The notes beneath the pieces were generated by a model, which saw only the letters and a program-made list of their open reading frames with translations, did no database searches and was not told the origin of the DNA. Below are positions 57,875 through 64,000 of a stretch of DNA of 64,000 nucleotides, one piece after another; the stretch's first letter is position 1; each line of letters starts with the position of its first letter. The translations under genes were made by a program, and so were the position numbers. The stretch comes from an uncultured Candidatus Saccharibacteria bacterium (GTDB taxonomy: Bacteria > Patescibacteriota > Saccharimonadia > CAILAD01 > JADZBC01), in contig CAZRJR010000001.1 in the NCBI GenBank assembly GCA_964600985.1, positions 235,534 through 299,533 on the forward strand. The letters are read 5' to 3'.

Positions 57875-58495
57875 TCAGGCCACCTCTGCCGGCCCGGTCC
57901 CGTCGAGGGCCTCCGCCTTCTCGGGCGGCCAGACGTCCTCGTCCGCGAGGACGATGCCGTTGAGGTACTTGGCCCCGATCGGGGCATCCTCGGTGCCACG
58001 GAGCTCATCCGCGGTCTCCTTGGCCTTCTTGCCGACAGCCTCGAGGAGCTCTCGGAGCTTGTCGATGCACTGGCAGTACACCGCCCAGTCGTCCTCCTTG
58101 GCGAGGCCGGACACGCCGCCGAGGAACTCCTCGTGCATCCCGGCTCCCTCCCAGGGGAAGTCGCCTGGACGCAGCATGACGTAGTCCGTCTCCGCCTCCA
58201 GGGAGGTGACGCTGATCGTGCGAAGCACGTACGTCAGCTTGCCGGCGACGTTGTTGTACGTGCCGCCGGGCTCGTTGCTGGCCTTGGGGTCACCGAGGAC
58301 GCCAACGAAGATCTCGTGGGCGAGTGGGTTGCGCCACTCGAGGCACGCCTGCATGAGGTTGTCGGGGTCGAGGATGACGAGCGTGATCCCCTTGTTGGGG
58401 AACCGCTCCGCGAACTCCGCGGCGAACTCGCCATGGAACCAGTCGTTGAAGCGACGCTTCACATCGATGCCGAAGTGGTTGGTGAGATCCAGCAT
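57875..58495 (-). CDS. GC-rich stand-alone protein, weak GlcG/HbpS-like pattern
   Basis: AGGAG RBS, high GC3, K....RT...GGVSG...ED pattern. Confidence 0.7.
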   Translation of the reverse strand: MLDLTNHFGIDVKRRFNDWFHGEFAAEFAERFPNKGITLVILDPDNLMQACLEWRNPLAHEIFVGVLGDPKASNEPGGTYNNVAGKLTYVLRTISVTSLEAETDYVMLRPGDFPWEGAGMHEEFLGGVSGLAKEDDWAVYCQCIDKLRELLEAVGKKAKETADELRGTEDAPIGAKYLNGIVLADEDVWPPEKAEALDGTGPAEVA

Positions 58496-58549
58496 GAGCT
58501 GTCTCCTGTTCTCCCTTGTGGGGTTCGGACCGCCAGATTGCGATCAAGG

Positions 58550-58583
58550 GTGCTATAATAGCACTAAATAGGCTTTTTGTCAA
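58550..58583 (-). promoter_or_regulatory. Sigma70 promoter with a palindrome over the -10 box
   Basis: TTGACA-N17-TATTAT; GTGCTAT-N-ATAGCAC at 58550-58564. Confidence 0.75.
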
Positions 58584-58597
58584 TAATTAACATTGCT

Positions 58598-59092
58598 TTA
58601 CTGAGGACGGAGCATAACGCCTACGGCAATCCCAATGCCGGCAGCTATGCCGCCAACTATAAACACCTTGAGGGCGCTTTTAAGCATGTTGCGATTGGTG
58701 ATCTTGCCTTTTGCTAAGCCCAGCACAAACAAACCAGCTAAAGCAGCTACGATGCTCACATAGAGCGATATGCTTGATGGCAGCAATACTATGGGGAGTA
58801 AGGGGATGAGTCCGGCTAAGAAGTACGATACGAGCATTATGAGTCCACCCACGAGCGGGTTGGCTTTGTCGTTTTTGTTCAAATCGTGCTCGGTTTCTTC
58901 GCTCAAGAACTCCCCAGCACCCATACTCACAGCCTCTACCGCAATACCTACTAGCCCGGCCAAGATCACAAACTTGGTGTCGTGCGAACCAACCGCCACG
59001 CCGGCGATTAAACCAGTAGTAGATACTAGGCTGTCTTCTATGCCAAAAAACGAGCTACGAACATAATCCCCATCGAGTCTGCGCTTCTTCAT
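58598..59092 (-). CDS. VIT1/CCC1 family transporter
   Basis: FFGIEDSLVSTTG, SMGAGEFLS, GLIPLLP. Confidence 0.9.
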   Translation of the reverse strand: MKKRRLDGDYVRSSFFGIEDSLVSTTGLIAGVAVGSHDTKFVILAGLVGIAVEAVSMGAGEFLSEETEHDLNKNDKANPLVGGLIMLVSYFLAGLIPLLPIVLLPSSISLYVSIVAALAGLFVLGLAKGKITNRNMLKSALKVFIVGGIAAGIGIAVGVMLRPQ

Positions 59093-59238
59093 GCTAGCTA
59101 TTATACCGTGCGATGCCTCGAGAATAAAATCGTACACATTATGTGTTCACCAGCTGTTCGGTATATTTCTATTAAGGCTTATAATAAAGCAAAAACGTAC
59201 TAATAAACTTATGATTTCTTTGGTCTTAAACTATTTAC

Positions 59239-59287
59239 AGTGGGTAAGCACCAGGTATATAATGGTGTCAGTGGGTATAAGTGGGTA
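59239..59287 (+). promoter_or_regulatory. MraZ-binding direct repeats and dcw promoter
   Basis: AGTGGGTA at 59239, 59270 and 59280 around a TATAAT. Confidence 0.75.
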
Positions 59288-59303
59288 ACACAAAAAGAGC
59301 AAA

Positions 59304-59654
59304 ATGGATTTCTTCGAACGCAAACTAGACGACAAGAACCGGTTAACCATACCGAAGGAATTGCACCAAGAATTTGGCCAAGAAGTTGTGATAACCCGAG
59401 GATTCAAAGCCTACCTGCACCTTTACCCGAAAACAGTTTGGGACAACGACATGGAAACAGCACTCCAAGGCAATATCCTTGACGAAGCAGTGGCTGACCT
59501 CAACGTTACCTTCCGAACTGGCAAAATAGTAGCAGCTCTCGACCAAAAGCAGGGGAGAGTCACGCTAGAAGCTCATCACTTGGCCTTTGCAGGCATTGCG
59601 CGCGACGTAGTTGCTGTGCGAGCTGGCAAATACTGGCGCCTCAGCGCCAAGTAG
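59304..59654 (+). CDS. mraZ: Short MraZ transcriptional regulator
   Basis: LDDKNRLTIP, ITRGF, DQKQGRV; heads the dcw cluster. Confidence 0.88.
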   Translation: MDFFERKLDDKNRLTIPKELHQEFGQEVVITRGFKAYLHLYPKTVWDNDMETALQGNILDEAVADLNVTFRTGKIVAALDQKQGRVTLEAHHLAFAGIARDVVAVRAGKYWRLSAK

Positions 59655-59945
59655 CGCACAGACCAGGTGATGCGTTTCTTGCACCAGCTAGAAACAGTAC
59701 TTTTACAAAAAACAAACACAAACATCAAAGTTAGCTATTCGGCAGTCAGTAAGCGAACCGTTGGGGAGCGCTTAACTGCCCCAGGTACCAACAAAACTCC
59801 ACCTCACAAACACTTTTCAAGGACTTATTTAGTACACTAAACAGGTCCTTGTCACACACTTATGAGCCAGGCAACTGCCAGCTCGTTACTCAAAAAACAA
59901 AAACAAAAATAGACAACTGGCTGCTGAATAGGTAACCTTGACAAT

Positions 59946-60851
59946 ATGGAACGACACACACCAGTGCTTTTAGAGCACGTAATTGAGGTACTAAAACCTT
60001 GTGAGGGCGAGAAATTTCTTGACCTAACTGCTGGTTATGGTGGCCACACTGCCGCGCTCCTAGAGGCAGTAGGGCCGAATGGATTCGGCTACCTGCTAGA
60101 CCAAGACCCCGAAGCCATATTGGCTTTGCGTGAACGGTTTGGTTCGTATAGCAACGTAGAGATCATACAAATGAACTTTGCGGATGTGAGCGAAGTAACC
60201 GGCTTGCCCAAGGTAGATATGATTCTGCTTGATATCGGTGTTTCGTCTGTGCAGATCGATAAGCCCGAGCGAGGCTTTAGCTTCTTGCACGACGGACCAC
60301 TGGATATGCGCATGGATCAAACTACTGGCAAGACCGCAGCTGATCTGGTAGCACAGTTGAGTGAAAAGGAACTGGCCGATACGATCTACCAATATGGCGA
60401 AGAGCGTCATAGTAGGCGAATCGCCAAGGCAATAGTGGAAGCAAGGAAGGTGAGCAATATTGCCACCACCACTCAGCTCGCTGGCATCATCGAAGCAGCC
60501 ATAGGTCGCAACCCAAGGTCCAAGATCCACCCAGCCACTCGCACATTCCAAGCACTGCGCATAGCGGTGAATGGCGAGCTAGAAGTACTGGAAGAGGTCC
60601 TGCCCCAGGCCGCGAGCTTACTCAAGCCTGGTGGGCGCTTAGCGGTAATTACCTTCCATTCTCTCGAGGATCGGATGGTGAAGCACTACTTTAAGCGCCT
60701 TACCACAGCCGAGAAGGACGCCATGGGCCAGGATGTGTCAGTTCCAGAATTCAGATTAGTTACCAAAAAGCCCATTACCGGCTTGGATGAAAAAGATTTT
60801 AACCCGCGAGCCCGGAGTGCTAAGCTTCGAGCCGTAGAATATATAAAATAA
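59946..60851 (+). CDS. rsmH: 16S rRNA m4C1402 methyltransferase
   Basis: HTPVLL, D.GVSS.Q, HPATRTFQALRI, NPRARSAKLR. Confidence 0.97.
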   Translation: MERHTPVLLEHVIEVLKPCEGEKFLDLTAGYGGHTAALLEAVGPNGFGYLLDQDPEAILALRERFGSYSNVEIIQMNFADVSEVTGLPKVDMILLDIGVSSVQIDKPERGFSFLHDGPLDMRMDQTTGKTAADLVAQLSEKELADTIYQYGEERHSRRIAKAIVEARKVSNIATTTQLAGIIEAAIGRNPRSKIHPATRTFQALRIAVNGELEVLEEVLPQAASLLKPGGRLAVITFHSLEDRMVKHYFKRLTTAEKDAMGQDVSVPEFRLVTKKPITGLDEKDFNPRARSAKLRAVEYIK

Positions 60852-60874
60852 AACCAAAACAAAAAGGAGACCCC

Positions 60875-60940
60875 ATGACTCTTAAGATCCAGAACAAGTC
60901 CCCACGAGCTATCAAGCTTGCAGTCCGCGTCGTACGCTAA
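60875..60940 (+). CDS. Putative 21-aa peptide between rsmH and ftsL
   Basis: AAAAAGGAG RBS; MTLKIQNKSPRAIKLAVRVVR. Confidence 0.45.
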   Translation: MTLKIQNKSPRAIKLAVRVVR

Positions 60941-61005
60941 TTAAGCGTGCGACTCCAAAAAAACAAAAACAAAAACACAAATTTTAAAACAAAAAAGGAG
61001 AGACG

Positions 61006-61335
61006 ATGTCTACCGCAACCGCTACCATGCGCCGCAACCAGAACTTTACCCGCAGCCAAACACAAATTACATCTGGCCCCCTTACCATTGCACTTATGTT
61101 GATTAGTTTGGTAATTTTGCTATCATTACTATATCTTTCACAGGTAACTAAGACCTCGACTTTTAACTATCGAATCTCTACATTGTCGCAAACTCGTGAT
61201 GATTTGCAGGCCAAGAAAGAGAAGCTTCAGATCGATGCAGCTCGCTTGCAGTCAATTGCTGCAGCTAAGCAATCAGCGGCTACGAAAGGAATGGTGGCGG
61301 TCGATAAGGTTACCTACGCAGACCAAGTAAAATAG
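61006..61335 (+). CDS. ftsL: FtsL-like cell division protein
   Basis: Short cytoplasmic part, TM, coiled coil; position between rsmH and the PBP gene. Confidence 0.7.
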   Translation: MSTATATMRRNQNFTRSQTQITSGPLTIALMLISLVILLSLLYLSQVTKTSTFNYRISTLSQTRDDLQAKKEKLQIDAARLQSIAAAKQSAATKGMVAVDKVTYADQVK

Positions 61336-61343
61336 GGGGGAGC

Positions 61344-63089
61344 TTGAGTATTACGCGCGAAATACAGGCTAAGTGGCGTCTTAACGCCCTTTCTGTTTTT
61401 TTTGCCGTTTGTTTAGTCGGTATTCTGATTCGCTTGTTCCAGGTTCAGGTAGTACTTGGACAAGAGTACGAGGCAAAGGCCAACTCGCAACAGTCACGTA
61501 AGTTTGAAATCCCAGCATCACGCGGCCAAGTCTATTTGAGCGAGAACGGTGATCTTTACCCCGTGGCGCTCAATCAAAAGCTTAATATGCTCTACGTTGA
61601 CCCTAAGTTTGTTACCAAGCCCACTGAGGCGGCCAAGAACTTGGCGGCGGTTACTGGTCTTGATCAGGCCAAGCTCGAGCAGCAGCTAACTTACAAAAAG
61701 TCGCGCTATATTGAGCTCAAGCAGCGGGTGAGTAGCGACGAGGCCAACAAGATTCGAGCCCTTAAAATTCCTGGTATCGTGCTCCGACCCACTGACTATC
61801 GTTATTACCCTGAGGCCAACTTGTTCTCTCATGTGCTGGGCTATGTGAACGCCGACGGTGATGGTCAGTACGGACTCGAACAGTACTTAAATAACGACCT
61901 GACTGGCCGCAATGGTTTATTAAAGGCCGCAACCGATAGTATGGGCGTGCCAATTGTAAGCAATGAAAACACCATAGTTGAGCCTCAAAACGGCAAAAGT
62001 TATGTACTCACACTTGATCGCAGCATACAGGCTGTAGCCGCAACAGCCCTACAAACCGCCATAACTGAAAACAAAGCCGATTCCGGGAGTATCATCGTCA
62101 TGGATCCTAACTCAGGGGCGATAAAGGCGTTAGTAAATTACCCCGACTATGATCCTAATAATTACGCGAGTGTTCCCGCCAATAACTACAGTGTGTATCG
62201 GAATGCTGCAGTGAGTAATTTGTTTGAGCCTGGCTCTGGGTTCAAGGCGATTACCATGGCGGCAGGTATAGATACTGGCAAGGTCAAGGCTGATACCAAA
62301 TACACCGATACGGGGTCGGTCGAAGCAAGTGGTAAAACTATTCGTAATGATGCTAATAAAACCTTTGGCGTGCAGACCATGACCGATGTAATCCAAAAGT
62401 CGCTTAATACCGGTGTAGTTTTTGTGCTCAAGCAGCTAGGTGGTGACCCGAACAAGATTACTAAGGCCGGCAAGCAGGTGTTTAGCGACTATATTAAACG
62501 CTTCGGGTTCGGTACGCTTACTGGCATCGAGCAGTCTGGCGAGGCCAATATGCCGGTTAAAGATCCATCGACCTATGATATAGATTACGCCAACATGACA
62601 TTCGGGCAAGGTATTGCTGTTACATCGATTCAAATGATTCAGGCTATTGCAGCCATCGCCAACGGCGGTAAGCTCTACCAGCCCTACATTGTGGACGGTA
62701 CGGTGAAGCCAGATGGCACTTTGGCTAAGAATCAGCCCAAATTGGTAAATAGCCAGGTGATTAGTCCCCAGGCCGCGGCGACTGTGTCGACTATGATGAT
62801 TAACGTAGTACTGTATGGTACAGCGTATGCTACCAAAATGCCCGGCTACAACATTGCAGGCAAAACCGGTACGGCGCAGATTCCTAAGCCTGATGGTAGC
62901 GGCTACTACGAGGATCGTACTACGGGTAGCTTTGTGGGCTTTGCGCCGGTTGAGGATCCTAAATTCATCATCATGGTGCGGGTAGATAATCCGCGCCAGG
63001 GTGGTGACGCCGAGCGTACTGCAGTGCCAGCCTTTGCCACAGTAGCTAAGGCGTTGTTTAAGTATTATCAGATACCACCAAAGTCATGA
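61344..63089 (+). CDS. ftsI: Class B penicillin-binding protein (FtsI-like)
   Basis: RYYP, EPGSGFK (SxxK), SLN, KTGTAQ. Confidence 0.92.
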   Translation: MSITREIQAKWRLNALSVFFAVCLVGILIRLFQVQVVLGQEYEAKANSQQSRKFEIPASRGQVYLSENGDLYPVALNQKLNMLYVDPKFVTKPTEAAKNLAAVTGLDQAKLEQQLTYKKSRYIELKQRVSSDEANKIRALKIPGIVLRPTDYRYYPEANLFSHVLGYVNADGDGQYGLEQYLNNDLTGRNGLLKAATDSMGVPIVSNENTIVEPQNGKSYVLTLDRSIQAVAATALQTAITENKADSGSIIVMDPNSGAIKALVNYPDYDPNNYASVPANNYSVYRNAAVSNLFEPGSGFKAITMAAGIDTGKVKADTKYTDTGSVEASGKTIRNDANKTFGVQTMTDVIQKSLNTGVVFVLKQLGGDPNKITKAGKQVFSDYIKRFGFGTLTGIEQSGEANMPVKDPSTYDIDYANMTFGQGIAVTSIQMIQAIAAIANGGKLYQPYIVDGTVKPDGTLAKNQPKLVNSQVISPQAAATVSTMMINVVLYGTAYATKMPGYNIAGKTGTAQIPKPDGSGYYEDRTTGSFVGFAPVEDPKFIIMVRVDNPRQGGDAERTAVPAFATVAKALFKYYQIPPKS

Positions 63090-63135
63090 GCGGCGCATCT
63101 AAGCCCATATTTATGGTAAAATAGGAGGCAAGATT

Positions 63136-64000
63136 ATGGCAGTATCCGTTACATTCAATGAACTTTCTCATGTATTACTTCAGGCATTCCTAGGCTTTGT
63201 AGTTGCTATGGCGCTTACACCAGTGTATACGCACTTTGCTTTTAAGTACAAGGCATGGAAGCAGGCTAGGACTAACGCTGTCACAGGCGAAGCAGCGCCA
63301 GTATACCAAAGACTGCACGCTGCTAAACATAAGAGAAATATTCCTACAATGGCGGGAATTATAGGAATTGTTTCAGTTTCATTAATCACTCTCGCGCTAA
63401 ACTGGAGTCGTTCCCAAACCTATCTTCCGCTATTTGTTTTTGTTGCTGCAGGACTCGTGGGCTTGGCAGACGACTATCTAAATATACGTGGTGAGAATCT
63501 GGCAGTTGCAGGCATGAGGGCTAAGCTAAAATTCGTCTTGATATTTGGTGTAGCGGCAATAGCGGCGCTTTACTTCTACTTTAAGCTCGGCTTTAGTATT
63601 ATCCATATTCCAGCTATGGGTAACTTCGAGATTGGGCTGTGGTACATCCCACTCTTTATTTTGGTCATTATATCAACCGCAAACGCGGTTAATATAACTG
63701 ATGGTCTCGATGGGTTATCGGGTGGGCTACTTTCACTTGCCTTCGGTGCTTATGCTGTAATCGCATTGGCTCAGGGTAGCTATGGCATTGCTGGCTTCTG
63801 TGCTGCCATGGTAGGGGCTCTTCTCTCATATACATGGTTTAATATCTTTCCAGCTAGGTTCTTCATGGGGGATAGTGGTTCATTCGCTTTTGGTACCGCA
63901 CTCGGCGTAGTGGCGATGCTTACTAATACAGTGTTTGTATTGCCGATTATTGGTGCCGTTTTTGTAGCCGAGGCAGGCTCAAGCTCAATCCAGATTCTTT
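63136..64000 (+). CDS. mraY: Phospho-N-acetylmuramoyl-pentapeptide transferase (runs off the window's right edge)
   Basis: Not in ORF track. AGGAGG RBS; PTMAG, GLADDY, NAVNITDGLDGL, FNIFPARFFMGDSG. Confidence 0.95.
   Translation, partial: MAVSVTFNELSHVLLQAFLGFVVAMALTPVYTHFAFKYKAWKQARTNAVTGEAAPVYQRLHAAKHKRNIPTMAGIIGIVSVSLITLALNWSRSQTYLPLFVFVAAGLVGLADDYLNIRGENLAVAGMRAKLKFVLIFGVAAIAALYFYFKLGFSIIHIPAMGNFEIGLWYIPLFILVIISTANAVNITDGLDGLSGGLLSLAFGAYAVIALAQGSYGIAGFCAAMVGALLSYTWFNIFPARFFMGDSGSFAFGTALGVVAMLTNTVFVLPIIGAVFVAEAGSSSIQIL

Noticed and set aside
1-64000. CRISPR array, transposase, integrase, prophage or rRNA
   Set aside because: No regularly spaced repeats and no recognisable motifs for these elements.
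1-64000. Alternative genetic code 25 (as in Gracilibacteria/Absconditabacteria)
   Set aside because: TGA terminates full-length conserved genes such as crtI, recO and ftsI.

Overview
Bacterial chromosome segment in genetic code 11 (TGA used as stop). Gene content and style point to a Patescibacteria (CPR) genome, most likely Saccharimonadia: short MraZ, N-terminally extended L1, alpha2-type GlyRS and long ThyX. This taxonomy is inference. Layout: (1) a C50-type carotenoid cluster (crtEb/crtY/crtY, divergent crtI-crtE-crtB); (2) secE-nusG-rplK-rplA, a dcd-thyX-glyA insert, then rplJ-rplL; (3) dnaX-dnaB, a GtrA/GT-C/GT2 glycosylation module, ybaB-recR and cysS; (4) a ~835-nt non-coding unit on the minus strand (24315-25150) with its own consensus promoter and terminator, built from three aberrant tRNA-like domains, a tRNA-Pro-like remnant and several long helices, which is the most unusual feature; (5) an accessory region with a two-component system, surface glycan hydrolases, a frameshifted MPG glycosylase and several stand-alone GC-rich orphan genes whose promoters carry palindromes, one encoding C2H2 zinc fingers; (6) tRNA-Gln, oxidative-stress genes, recO-glyQS-yvcK and the start of the dcw cluster. 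All calls come from reading the sequence; no database search was run.
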